This document shows, piece after piece, positions 1-9,171 of a stretch of 29,177 bases of DNA (position 1 is its first letter; each line of letters starts with the position of its first letter). The notes under the pieces are model-generated. The model was not told where the DNA came from, did not search any database, and worked only from the letters and a program-made list of their open reading frames with translations. The DNA is from a virus. Lineage: Duplodnaviria > Caudoviricetes. The translations under genes were made by a program, and so were the position numbers. The stretch covers positions 1-29,177 of IMG/VR virus record IMGVR_UViG_3300030708_001743. One strand, written 5' to 3'.

Positions 1-932
1 CACATTGGTTGTAAGTTTTCTAACGCCCAACACTTCTTGAAGTCTTCACAATCTGTTGTTGTGTAGTTAAAAGAAGCCACAGGTCTTATGTGGTCTATTT
101 GCCAGTCATTTATATTATCCCAAGACATACCATCTTTGAATAATGACTCGATATAATTACATAAATCCTCTTTAGTATAACCTAGAGTCTTAAATGACTT
201 ATTTGTTTTTCTTGCTCCCTTCAAAAGATTTTGTCTGTTAATTAAAATTCTAAATCTTGCTGATAACCTATTCATAGGATTACTCATTCTACTCGCTGTC
301 CCACATTTACTGCTACAAAACTTAGTTTGATTATACACTCTAAGTCTGTTATCATCAGCATCTTTGAAGCAAATATGTTTTCCACACCATTGACAATGTT
401 TTCCTTCTTTTCTTCTCTTTTCTTTTATTTCTCTAGTTATTGTTTTATAAGGCATACATTTACGGCTACAATATTTACCGTCACGACCATGTCCTTTTTT
501 ATTCCTTCGGGAAAGAAATGAAGTTTTACAAGTAGCACAGACTATAGTTTTTTGCCCTTTTAATTTTTTATTTCTATTGTAATAATCCTTCTTATCCTTA
601 AGTCTTTTTTCCCTTCTAATTGCTCTTTCTTCTTCGGATAAATTCTGTTCAAATATCTTTTTTCTTTTTCTTTCATGTTTTAATTTATAATCTCTTTTAC
701 ATTTGTCATTACAATATTTAGTTCTATGAGAATCACAGGTAAAACTAATATCACACCCTCTGCAAATTTTAGTATAAGTCTTTTTTACTTTATATTTATG
801 TGTTCTATTCGGATTACCATTAGGGTTATTGTAATAATTACGCATATAATCTGCACGTTTTTTTCTACAAGGATAGCAATTGACATAAGGCTCATTAAAC
901 TCTGAACCACAGGTCTTACAATTCTTTTTCAT
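1..932 (-). CDS. HNH endonuclease with multiple CxxC Zn-ribbon repeats (3' end outside the window)
   Basis: Not in the ORF track; translated by hand. ATG at 932 overlaps the polB stop (ATGA). MKKNCKTCGSEF...CYPC...CRGC...YCNDKC... and, in the same frame at the window edge, GMSWDNINDWQIDHIRPVASF...CWALENLQPM, the HNH motif typical of viral homing endonucleases. Confidence 0.85.
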   Translation of the reverse strand, partial: MKKNCKTCGSEFNEPYVNCYPCRKKRADYMRNYYNNPNGNPNRTHKYKVKKTYTKICRGCDISFTCDSHRTKYCNDKCKRDYKLKHERKRKKIFEQNLSEEERAIRREKRLKDKKDYYNRNKKLKGQKTIVCATCKTSFLSRRNKKGHGRDGKYCSRKCMPYKTITREIKEKRRKEGKHCQWCGKHICFKDADDNRLRVYNQTKFCSSKCGTASRMSNPMNRLSARFRILINRQNLLKGARKTNKSFKTLGYTKEDLCNYIESLFKDGMSWDNINDWQIDHIRPVASFNYTTTDCEDFKKCWALENLQPM

Positions 933-2551
933 GTTAACTCCCTCACTTTAAATGCCGCTTCTCTAATTGCTTCTCTAGCACTGGCTGTAATAGATGCGGC
1001 TAAATCTACATCATACCAACCGAATCCTTGTAATGCTACAACTCCATAAAAAGATGCTAACAATCTTTTAGTAGCCATTTGCATTGAATTCCATTTTACA
1101 TATTCTTTCTTATTTCCTTCTTGTAATGCTTCTAACATTTTTAACTTGTATTCTTTCCTCAAAGGTTTTAACGTAGCAATAGCATTTGGTAATAATCCTA
1201 ACTTATCTGTTCTATAATATTTCCAATCCTCAACTGTAACATCAGAAAAGTCTCTAGGTATTTTTAAATTAACAGCGAAATCAGTTTCAGTTTCACTTTT
1301 AGTTTCCCAAGAAATATTCCTTGCTAATATACAAGACGGATATAGAGAAGCAAAATCAAACGCCGCTACATTAAGATGTAATCCGTTTGTTTCTTGGTCT
1401 AATGGGTCATAGATTAACGCTCCATCGTATTCTTTCTTCTCAGTCTTTTTACCAGTTGGTGCTTTCCAATATGCATTACGCATGAAATATGTGCTACCCA
1501 TGTGAGATACAAAGAAACAATCTTCGAAAGGTGCTTTAATCAGTTTTTGAATTGCTAATACACCTTCACTCAATCCCATTTCTTCATCTATCTTATAGAG
1601 TAATTCAGCATCTTGCATACAGTATTCTAAATAGTTTTGAGTATCTTCTTCCCATGCTTTCATAAAGAATTCATTTCTATCTGTAAACTTAGAATCTTTT
1701 TTCTTAGTTTCTCCAACAGAAACACTTGCACAATAATCTAATGATGCACTTGGTAAAGTTCCCCTCTGTGCGTCATTCCATTGACGTTCAAATGCTAAAT
1801 CTAAATTTAAGCATAGTCTACCTTTAATGGGTTGTTCTATATTACTAAAGTTTAGTTTACCAATAGCATTGAATCCTACTTGTTTAACTTCTTTATACGG
1901 AGATAACTTTCTTGGGTCTATATCATTCTCAAATAACCTTTCTATTAATTTAGGAACATCAGACTTTAATCCCCACCATGCTACTAACATATCAGGGTCT
2001 TGTTCTTGTATATCTTTTACAAATTCTTCAAGCATTTCTTTTTCTGATTTATCTTCATAAGACCATGTGTATAACTTAGACTTGTTAGTATAATTATCAT
2101 ATACACCAATAGCAGTTATAGCCCCTTCATCTTTATGACCATTAGGCAACCACTCCATATCCCAATACCATTTTCTCATTTCATATTCAGGAACTTTATC
2201 TAATTCATCCACACAATATCTTCTAAGTATCGGCACATCTCCTTCCCATGTATTCTCAAAAGGTTTCCTTGCATCTCTCATATCTTTAGGATGAGTATAG
2301 AAAACTTTAGTTAAGTTATAACCTTCTAGGTTTCTCCAATCACCTTTCTTATATTCATAGAACCCAGTTTGGTCTACAGGTTTACTACCTACCATATGAT
2401 GTTTAGTCTTGTAAGTAGCGGGTTGATTATCAATGGAACGTATAAAGAAATAGGGTTTGAAATTAGAGATAACCTTTTCTTTTCTCTCTCTATTCTCATC
2501 TCTCCATCTTATCTTAATAGACTTGTCTTTATCTATCCATGTTATTATCAT
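929..2551 (-). CDS. polB: Family B DNA polymerase, N-terminal part of a split enzyme (3'-5' exonuclease plus motifs A and B)
   Basis: ExoI WDMEW, ExoIII YCMQDA, motif A AAFDFASLYPS, motif B KRLLASFYG. The ORF stops just before where motif C (YGDTDS) is expected. Confidence 0.93.
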   Translation of the reverse strand: MIITWIDKDKSIKIRWRDENRERKEKVISNFKPYFFIRSIDNQPATYKTKHHMVGSKPVDQTGFYEYKKGDWRNLEGYNLTKVFYTHPKDMRDARKPFENTWEGDVPILRRYCVDELDKVPEYEMRKWYWDMEWLPNGHKDEGAITAIGVYDNYTNKSKLYTWSYEDKSEKEMLEEFVKDIQEQDPDMLVAWWGLKSDVPKLIERLFENDIDPRKLSPYKEVKQVGFNAIGKLNFSNIEQPIKGRLCLNLDLAFERQWNDAQRGTLPSASLDYCASVSVGETKKKDSKFTDRNEFFMKAWEEDTQNYLEYCMQDAELLYKIDEEMGLSEGVLAIQKLIKAPFEDCFFVSHMGSTYFMRNAYWKAPTGKKTEKKEYDGALIYDPLDQETNGLHLNVAAFDFASLYPSCILARNISWETKSETETDFAVNLKIPRDFSDVTVEDWKYYRTDKLGLLPNAIATLKPLRKEYKLKMLEALQEGNKKEYVKWNSMQMATKRLLASFYGVVALQGFGWYDVDLAASITASAREAIREAAFKVRELT

Positions 2552-2552
2552 A

Positions 2553-3329
2553 TTAAATCCCCAATCTTGGCGCTCTAATTAATGCGCTATTTTCTGTAAC
2601 CATTATGATAGGTTGGTTATCCCCAATAAATATGTTTATTATTTCATCTTTGTTAAAGAACTTATGTAGTGGTCCACTGAATATAACAGTGGATGATTCA
2701 CCTACTGAATTACTAAATTCCATTTCTTCTCTATAAGCAGAAACAGTAGCGGAAGAAGATATAATAAATTTAGGATTACTTAATTCATCGGACTCATGAA
2801 AGTCTAACTTATATATTCCGTTGTTTAATATCTCACAACCATCTATAGCATTATGAAATTCTTCTCCAGTAACTTGAACTCCACACCTTACATCTATAAC
2901 TCCTAACTTTAATACTTCTTCCAAATCACTATCAAAGTTTAACGGCCATCTTTCTATGAATCTATTTACTCTACCTTCGAATGGGTGATGAACTACAATA
3001 GGCATTGTTGCTCTTTTACCATCTGATTGCATTACTACTGTATCTCCTACTGTTAAACTTATATCTTCATTCATCTTAGATAGATACTTTTTAAATGTAT
3101 CAATTTCTAATACGAAAGAACCTTCATCATCTGTATCTACAGATATAGATTTAATAACAGTTGTAGATTCATCTGAATTAACTAATAATAAATTGTTATC
3201 TTGTATTTGAAAATGAATATAGTTACCCAAAGACTTTGAAGATAATCCTCCAGTGCTGGCCCATTTCCCTTTTAATTCTACATTTTTCAATGCTTCTATA
3301 ATATCTTTCTTTTTAACTTCTATTTGCAT
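2553..3329 (-). CDS. Sliding clamp (PCNA-like)
   Basis: 258 aa, acidic, clamp-like pattern ending ALIRAPR. Lies between polB and RFC genes. Likely start is the ATG at 3329, behind an AGGTGA RBS. Confidence 0.75.
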   Translation of the reverse strand: MQIEVKKKDIIEALKNVELKGKWASTGGLSSKSLGNYIHFQIQDNNLLLVNSDESTTVIKSISVDTDDEGSFVLEIDTFKKYLSKMNEDISLTVGDTVVMQSDGKRATMPIVVHHPFEGRVNRFIERWPLNFDSDLEEVLKLGVIDVRCGVQVTGEEFHNAIDGCEILNNGIYKLDFHESDELSNPKFIISSSATVSAYREEMEFSNSVGESSTVIFSGPLHKFFNKDEIINIFIGDNQPIIMVTENSALIRAPRLGI

Positions 3330-3344
3330 TTTAATCACCTTGCT

Positions 3345-3445
3345 CTCGCTAATGAGGAATGACAGGACCACCACAGCCCCTTACTAATGCCGAAAACACA
3401 ACCTAACGTTTGTCATTTTTATTTAGTAAACCTCACTCTTGCGAG
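3345..3445 (-). ncRNA. Structured intergenic motif, copy A (stem / 13-nt bulge / stem)
   Basis: Plus-strand pairings CTCGC/GCGAG, TGAGG/CCTCA, AATGACA/TGTCATT; bulge TTTATTTAGTAAA at 3418-3430. Confidence 0.55.
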
Positions 3446-3446
3446 T

Positions 3447-4331
3447 TTAAATTCCCCTGTTTTTTAGGTCGGGAATACCATTCCATTTGGCTTCTTTAGA
3501 GTTAGACTCAAAGATAGTCCAAGTTTTACCAACTAAGTTGGGATTTGTTTTACTTGCTTTTAATCTTGCAACATATTTAGTATTGTTACCTACAGATTCA
3601 TCCCGAATCGTAATCATTTGCATCATTTTATCGGGAACATCTTTATTCCAATTAGCAACAAATCCAGTTGGTGTAGGATTCATATGGTCGCTAAAAGTAG
3701 CCTTAAGATGTGTAATAAATACTTTATCACATTGTAATCTTAAAGCACTAATAAACACTTCATTATGGTCAATATTTCTAGCCCCGTATGCTGTTGGGGA
3801 AATAGGGTTAGTCATTTTCTTTCTATCCCCTTTATTGATTTCATATCTAAGTTTATTAGTAGCACAATCATTCCATTTATCCATACCATCCATAACAAAT
3901 GCTCTAACATTAGTATTTTTATCTGCAATCATTTCTTCTGTTTCTCTAATGAAGTTTAATGCATTTTGCATAGTTAAAGCATAGTTTTCTGTTCCATCAG
4001 AATTATAATGATTAGGGCAGTAAACATAAATGTTAGGGTCTGAATCCCAACATGTTTTCCAAGTTACTTCCGCACCATCATCAAAATCTAAGAAACGTAA
4101 TATAGCGCCATCTTTAATTTCTTTATCGGTTCTTATATCAAGACCCAATCCTGACTTACCTTGTTTTGCTTTACCTTCGATGGATAAAACTAGAAAGGAA
4201 TGCTTTCTTGCCAATTGTGCTTTTCTTGCTTCTTGTGTTAACTTTTTCCACTGTTGGTATTGTAGTTCCTTTTGAACCTCTGGACCAACAGCGTGTTGCT
4301 GTTTTGGTTTATTCATAGTTTTTAAACTCAT
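3447..4331 (-). CDS. RecA-superfamily P-loop ATPase (AAA_24/Sak4-like recombination protein)
   Basis: Walker A GKAKQGKS, FLDFD strand, Walker B FVMDG; adjacent to an SSB-like gene. Confidence 0.65.
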   Translation of the reverse strand: MSLKTMNKPKQQHAVGPEVQKELQYQQWKKLTQEARKAQLARKHSFLVLSIEGKAKQGKSGLGLDIRTDKEIKDGAILRFLDFDDGAEVTWKTCWDSDPNIYVYCPNHYNSDGTENYALTMQNALNFIRETEEMIADKNTNVRAFVMDGMDKWNDCATNKLRYEINKGDRKKMTNPISPTAYGARNIDHNEVFISALRLQCDKVFITHLKATFSDHMNPTPTGFVANWNKDVPDKMMQMITIRDESVGNNTKYVARLKASKTNPNLVGKTWTIFESNSKEAKWNGIPDLKNRGI

Positions 4332-4350
4332 AATAATCTCTCCTTGATAA

Positions 4351-4448
4351 ATAAACGTAGGGAGGGAATGAAGTTAGGAAAAAAGTAAAGAAAATCTAAG
4401 ATAAGATACCTACTTCATTATTACTGTGAAAACCCCCCATGAGTTTAT
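4351..4448 (-). ncRNA. Structured intergenic motif, copy B
   Basis: ATAAAC/GTTTAT, GGAGGG/CCCCCC, AATGAAGT/ACTTCATT; bulge ATTACTGTGAAAA at 4420-4432. Confidence 0.55.
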
Positions 4449-4452
4449 CTAT

Positions 4453-5670
4453 CTAAAACCAATCAAAGTTGTCCTCCACTGGTGCTTCAACTACTTCTGC
4501 ACTTCCATGTCTATCAATAACATATAATCCTAATACATTGATTGTAACATTTCTTAGTTCTCCTGTTTCTTTATCAGTTCCTTGTGAAGTTCTACCACAA
4601 ACAATTACATTACTACCGATACCAAAATCAATATCTACATAACTTGGAACCCAACAAGCAACAGCATTAGATGAACCATCATAATCATAATCTACATTTA
4701 AATCACTTAAGAATAACGTTTGATTACCATTAGCAGTTTGTTGTAAGTTCATACCTGTAACATTTCCATCTGTAATCATAATTCTTTCATGTGAAGGTTT
4801 ATGTGAATTATCAGAATGGAATGCATCTAAAGCAACTAGTTCGGATATATTATCTCCTAACTGAGATTGAATTATAGTAATCATTTCTTCATCAGAATCT
4901 AAATAAGATAATGATGTTGTAGTGCTTCCATCTTTTCTTGCGCTTAATATATTAGGATTATTAGAATTAGGCACACAAGTAAATGAACACCAACTAAATG
5001 TATTAGGAGCAAAATCTTTACATTGTGGTCCATTCACTCTTAGTTGATATTTTTGGTATTCACTGCCTTCATCTAATTTACCTACAAAGAATAATCTTCT
5101 TGACCAGTTTTCAGCAGGTAATGGTTTTCCATAATTAGGATTTGCTTGACCACTTCCCCATGCTTTTCTTGAATCAATTGGGATTATCCATTTGTCATCA
5201 TCAACAGCCATAGCACTATCAGGAATTTTCTCTAAAACTTTAGTAGCCAATTCATCATTAGCGAATCTAGTTACTTCATATCTTCCATCTCCTAATTGAA
5301 CAGCAACAGCAACATTACCTGCATTTAAACTAGCAGTTGAATCTCTTTGGTATTCTGCCAATAGATTTGTCCTGTTTCTTTCTTCCCAGTCTCTTGCATC
5401 TTCAACAGCGTAAAAGAAACCAGTAGCAGTTTTAGTGTAAGTTGTACCTGTAAATTCTTCCTTATCACCATTCTCTTCTTTTTTCTTTATAGCAACTTGT
5501 TGACCAAATCTAGCCCTAAAAAGACTTCTAGCGATTTTAAAACCGTTTTCATCTTCTAGGTCTAAACTGTGTTGTGCAACAATATTATCGAAGTCTGCTT
5601 GCGCTTGTTCAACAGTTATGCCTAACTTTTCAGCGTATTTTTCTATTTCATTTTTCATTTCTTCTTTCAT
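4453..5670 (-). CDS. Putative RPA-like OB-fold ssDNA-binding protein
   Basis: N-terminal helical segment as in archaeal RPA, C-terminal OB-like strands (ITDGNVT...FLSD...FGIGSNVIVCGR), acidic-aromatic tail EDNFDWF; replication context. Confidence 0.55.
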   Translation of the reverse strand: MKEEMKNEIEKYAEKLGITVEQAQADFDNIVAQHSLDLEDENGFKIARSLFRARFGQQVAIKKKEENGDKEEFTGTTYTKTATGFFYAVEDARDWEERNRTNLLAEYQRDSTASLNAGNVAVAVQLGDGRYEVTRFANDELATKVLEKIPDSAMAVDDDKWIIPIDSRKAWGSGQANPNYGKPLPAENWSRRLFFVGKLDEGSEYQKYQLRVNGPQCKDFAPNTFSWCSFTCVPNSNNPNILSARKDGSTTTSLSYLDSDEEMITIIQSQLGDNISELVALDAFHSDNSHKPSHERIMITDGNVTGMNLQQTANGNQTLFLSDLNVDYDYDGSSNAVACWVPSYVDIDFGIGSNVIVCGRTSQGTDKETGELRNVTINVLGLYVIDRHGSAEVVEAPVEDNFDWF

Positions 5671-5742
5671 ATATATTCCTCTTTTTATTTTTTATTTATT
5701 TTATACTAGTCGCTAGACTAGATGTATTATCCGTTGGGATTA

Positions 5743-6654
5743 TTATTTTAATTGTGCAACCAACCAAGAAACTAATACTCTTGGGGTCATTGAATTTCCT
5801 CTCCACTCTGCTTCACCTACTGCTCTAAGATATTTGTATTTTGAATCATCACTCATATCGCTTTTAACAATAACTTCATGTAATCCATAACATATATCTT
5901 TGACAGTTTTTCCTGAATAAAGTGCATTATGTAATTCTTCTAGTGCTTTCCTGTGGTTGTCGCTTTCTAACAGTTGTAAAATGTCATCGTACCTCTCTAA
6001 ACTTTTATTCACCTGTCTTTTCAAACTTGTTCCACTTGCAAGTGCGGCTTGCAATTCCGTTATTGTTCTACGAACATCACCGTTGTAATGACTTATAAAC
6101 TGACCCAAATCAACATCAGAAGGATGTGAAATATCTTCTCTTGATAAAATCGTCTTCAATAAAGTTGAAATTGTAGTGCTATCTAGTTTAGTAAAGAAAT
6201 AGTTAGCGCACCTAGATTGTAAAGGATAAATGATTTTACTTCTATCGTTAGCAGTAATAATAAATCTAACATTAGAAGCATATCGTTCCATAACTCTCTT
6301 TAAAGCATTTTGAGCATCAGTCGTCATTCCATCCATTTCATCAAGTAATATAATTTTGAATGGAACATCGCCGATTGCTTTCTGTTGTGCTATATCTTTA
6401 ATCGTAGTTCTAACTACTTCGAGTCGCCTATCATCACTAGCATTTATCTCAAAATAATTAGAGTCCATTTCGGATTCTAACATCTCATTTGCTAAGATAC
6501 CTGCGGCGGCAGTTTTACCTACACCCGCTTGCCCATATAATAATATATTAGGCATATCTTTTATTTCTATCCAGTTTTCAGCATCGAGTTTAAATATCTC
6601 TTGCCCTATCAATTCGTGTATATTCTTTGGTCTGTATTTTTCCGTCCATAACAT
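5743..6654 (-). CDS. rfcS: Replication factor C small subunit
   Basis: WTEKYRP, GQAGVGKT, EINASD, IILLDEMD, AQNALKR, LQSRC, GDVRR motifs. Confidence 0.95.
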   Translation of the reverse strand: MLWTEKYRPKNIHELIGQEIFKLDAENWIEIKDMPNILLYGQAGVGKTAAAGILANEMLESEMDSNYFEINASDDRRLEVVRTTIKDIAQQKAIGDVPFKIILLDEMDGMTTDAQNALKRVMERYASNVRFIITANDRSKIIYPLQSRCANYFFTKLDSTTISTLLKTILSREDISHPSDVDLGQFISHYNGDVRRTITELQAALASGTSLKRQVNKSLERYDDILQLLESDNHRKALEELHNALYSGKTVKDICYGLHEVIVKSDMSDDSKYKYLRAVGEAEWRGNSMTPRVLVSWLVAQLK

Positions 6655-6655
6655 T

Positions 6656-7507
6656 TTAAAACCACCTATCTAATTTTAAGGTTCTATTTGGAGTTATAGG
6701 AGCGTTTCTAGGTCTTGCTCTATCTTTCATTCCTAATACTCTCGTTTCTTCACTTTTCAATCTCTTTTTTGCCCACTTAGCAAACTCTTCATCTTTTAAT
6801 AATTGAGGCAGTAAATAGCCCTGATTTGGTTTTATTCTTAATTTCCTAAGAATAGTAGGCACTTTAGAATAACTACCCCTTTTAGGATAATTAATCTTTG
6901 AATATATTCTTCCATCATGTGCATATGCTAATAACTCATAGAAGTAATCAGAAGACCATCTTCTCTTTACTCTACCATCTATAAATACTAACTTGTTCGG
7001 ATTAAGATTTAATCCCAACCAAGTCATAATTTGCACATCGGCGGGTTTATTGAATTTTAAATTCTTAAGCACTTCTTTACGATTAGTGTTTTTAAGATAA
7101 TCTCCTACCAACTCAAACACACTTAATTCTATTTTATGTGGTGGTTGACTTCTAGGCGCTATCCTTTTTATTTCTTCTAACGCATATGCTTTAGTCCCTG
7201 CCCTTCTAATCTTACAACAATTCTTAATATCTTTCGGAACATCTTTTTCATTATTAGAAGTTAATACAATTTGACTTTTACAATTTCGTATTACATCCAT
7301 TATAATATCCTTATTGGCCTTATAATGTACTTCTTCAATAATAATATCTTGTTCAACGGATTTCCAATCTTTGTTTTCTATCTCATTAGCATAGTAAATT
7401 AATACGTCTTCTGCTACTAAAGTTTTAGCAAGTGTAGATTTTCCTGTTCCGCTTTTTCCTGTTATTAATATTGGTCTTTTCTTTTCTCCCATATTTATTA
7501 AACTCAA
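6656..7507 (-). CDS. Divergent clamp-loader large subunit (RFC-L-like AAA+)
   Basis: Walker A GKSGTGKS, IIIEEV Walker B, adjacent to rfcS, PIP-like C-terminus LKLDRWF. Confidence 0.6.
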   Translation of the reverse strand: MSLINMGEKKRPILITGKSGTGKSTLAKTLVAEDVLIYYANEIENKDWKSVEQDIIIEEVHYKANKDIIMDVIRNCKSQIVLTSNNEKDVPKDIKNCCKIRRAGTKAYALEEIKRIAPRSQPPHKIELSVFELVGDYLKNTNRKEVLKNLKFNKPADVQIMTWLGLNLNPNKLVFIDGRVKRRWSSDYFYELLAYAHDGRIYSKINYPKRGSYSKVPTILRKLRIKPNQGYLLPQLLKDEEFAKWAKKRLKSEETRVLGMKDRARPRNAPITPNRTLKLDRWF

Positions 7508-7905
7508 GTTATTAACCCCTTTATCTCTAATATTTTATCAAAGCCTTTTTGCGTTAAATGATGTTTATTAGAAACAATAGTTAATACTTCTAAAAATGAT
7601 TCAAATTTATTGCAATGCTTTGGTATGTTTGGTATAAGTTTATAAAACTGTAATAGATTATTAATACTAGTAATCCTAAGTATAGGATATTTTCTATTAC
7701 AATGTTCTGTTTCCTTTAAGTAGGAATCTATACCATATTCCTCTAAAGTTTCTTGTAGTACAGATAAGAACTCTATATTCATCGCTCTTATTTTAACCAC
7801 TAATCTTATTCTATAACCGATAGACTGTTTGCTATCTTTTTCTATTGATACTTCTGGACTAGCCAGTGATACCAATATTCCTTCAAGTTGTTCTTTCGTA
7901 AACAT
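7504..7905 (-). CDS. Single-motif LAGLIDADG-fold protein, probably catalytically inactive
   Basis: Contains GYRIRL, and KHHLTQKGFDKILEIK as in LAGLIDADG_1 proteins. The motif helix reads LEGILVSLA, with no catalytic acidic residue. Confidence 0.7.
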   Translation of the reverse strand: MFTKEQLEGILVSLASPEVSIEKDSKQSIGYRIRLVVKIRAMNIEFLSVLQETLEEYGIDSYLKETEHCNRKYPILRITSINNLLQFYKLIPNIPKHCNKFESFLEVLTIVSNKHHLTQKGFDKILEIKGLIT

Positions 7906-8236
7906 CTGTTGACACTCCTATACATTCATGTTTTAATCTTTGGAAACTCAATCCATCTGAAATAGTTTCTTTAATTTCTTCTATATTATCTAACTTATCG
8001 GGGAATATCCATTGAACACAAATCCCTCTATATGTATTTAATAACTCTGCTTTCTCTAAATCTATATCCTCTATAAACTGAGCAAATCTTTTCATATTTA
8101 ATAAATCACCAATCGCATGATTAATAATTAAATTATCTTGTTTTCCCATCTCACTATAAATAATAAAAGTCACAGTAGTTACTGAACCATATTCTTCAGT
8201 CCATTCCGCTTTAACGTTTTCATCATAAAACTTCAT
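7883..8236 (-). CDS. Hypothetical protein
   Basis: 117-aa ORF, co-oriented and tightly packed. Confidence 0.7.
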   Translation of the reverse strand: MKFYDENVKAEWTEEYGSVTTVTFIIYSEMGKQDNLIINHAIGDLLNMKRFAQFIEDIDLEKAELLNTYRGICVQWIFPDKLDNIEEIKETISDGLSFQRLKHECIGVSTDVYERTT

Positions 8237-8245
8237 TAAAAAACC

Positions 8246-8542
8246 TCACTTGTTTAGTTTCCTCATATCTTCGGAACCCATTTTTGCTTTCTTTTGCATA
8301 TTCCTAGTTATTTGACAACCCAATCTAATTTTAGATGTAGATGGTAAATTCCAAAACACATCTTCATCTAATCCATATGTAATTTCCATCTGTCTGCATA
8401 GTTGTCTTCTATTTAAATTCTGTAATGATTCATCTATCTTTATCCCTGCGATTTCGTCTGTTGGATATTTAACAAACGTATCTATTATTACATAAACTAC
8501 TCCCATGATGTAAAGTAGTTTTTTTAAAACCCATTGTATCAT
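8246..8542 (-). CDS. Hypothetical protein with N-terminal hydrophobic segment
   Basis: LLYIMGVVYVII near the N-terminus. Confidence 0.65.
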   Translation of the reverse strand: MIQWVLKKLLYIMGVVYVIIDTFVKYPTDEIAGIKIDESLQNLNRRQLCRQMEITYGLDEDVFWNLPSTSKIRLGCQITRNMQKKAKMGSEDMRKLNK

Positions 8543-8568
8543 ATTTGGTGCTACTAATAGCCCCTTAC

Positions 8569-9171
8569 TTATACATTATGTAACGCATTCATTTCTGATG
8601 CTAAATCTTCAAGAGTAAGTTTACCTTCAATTAAAGAATCTAGTAAATCTCTTAGTTCTTGATTTGTTTTATATTTTAAATAACCATTAACTAATCTCAT
8701 AGGATGACCTAATTCTACAAATATACCTCTTAAAATAAAACGTTTTAAATCTTTAGTTCCCCAAACCGCAGAAAAACAGTGTTTACAAGTTGTTTTGGAT
8801 GGGTCATTTGTTACTTTCCACCAAGATTTTATTTCGCCACTTTTAATTTTACACATAGGAGTTGCTTCTGAAGAAAGATATTCTTTATCTTCAAAAGATA
8901 TAACTATTTTATTTTTTATCTCTAATTTCCCAGTATAAATATTCTTAACTTCATATGGAACTGCGCTAACTTTGAGATTTTCATTAGATAGAAAATCAAC
9001 GTTTAAATGAACGCTTCTATGTTTAACAAGTTTGTGGTATCTACTATTAAATAATCTTATACAATCAACACAGGTTGCTAAATGAACATCAGTAGTAAAA
9101 ATTGTATCTCTAGGATTTTTACCACAAATGATACCTCCTTCTTTTGCTGTTCCTTTCCACATACATGTCAT
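8569..9171 (-). CDS. Hypothetical protein with two Cys-rich repeats
   Basis: ICG...TTDVHLATCVDC and MCK...TNDPSKTTCKHC; start overlaps the ligase stop. Confidence 0.7.
   Translation of the reverse strand: MTCMWKGTAKEGGIICGKNPRDTIFTTDVHLATCVDCIRLFNSRYHKLVKHRSVHLNVDFLSNENLKVSAVPYEVKNIYTGKLEIKNKIVISFEDKEYLSSEATPMCKIKSGEIKSWWKVTNDPSKTTCKHCFSAVWGTKDLKRFILRGIFVELGHPMRLVNGYLKYKTNQELRDLLDSLIEGKLTLEDLASEMNALHNV

Noticed and set aside
925-940. Group I intron or intein interrupting polB
   Set aside because: The HNH start overlaps the polB stop with no intervening RNA, and no intein N-terminal motif is present. The far side of the insertion is outside the window.
2391-2400. ACCATATGAT near-match to the junction core
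   Set aside because: One mismatch, inside the polB coding sequence, with no CAAAGT/ACTTTG arms.
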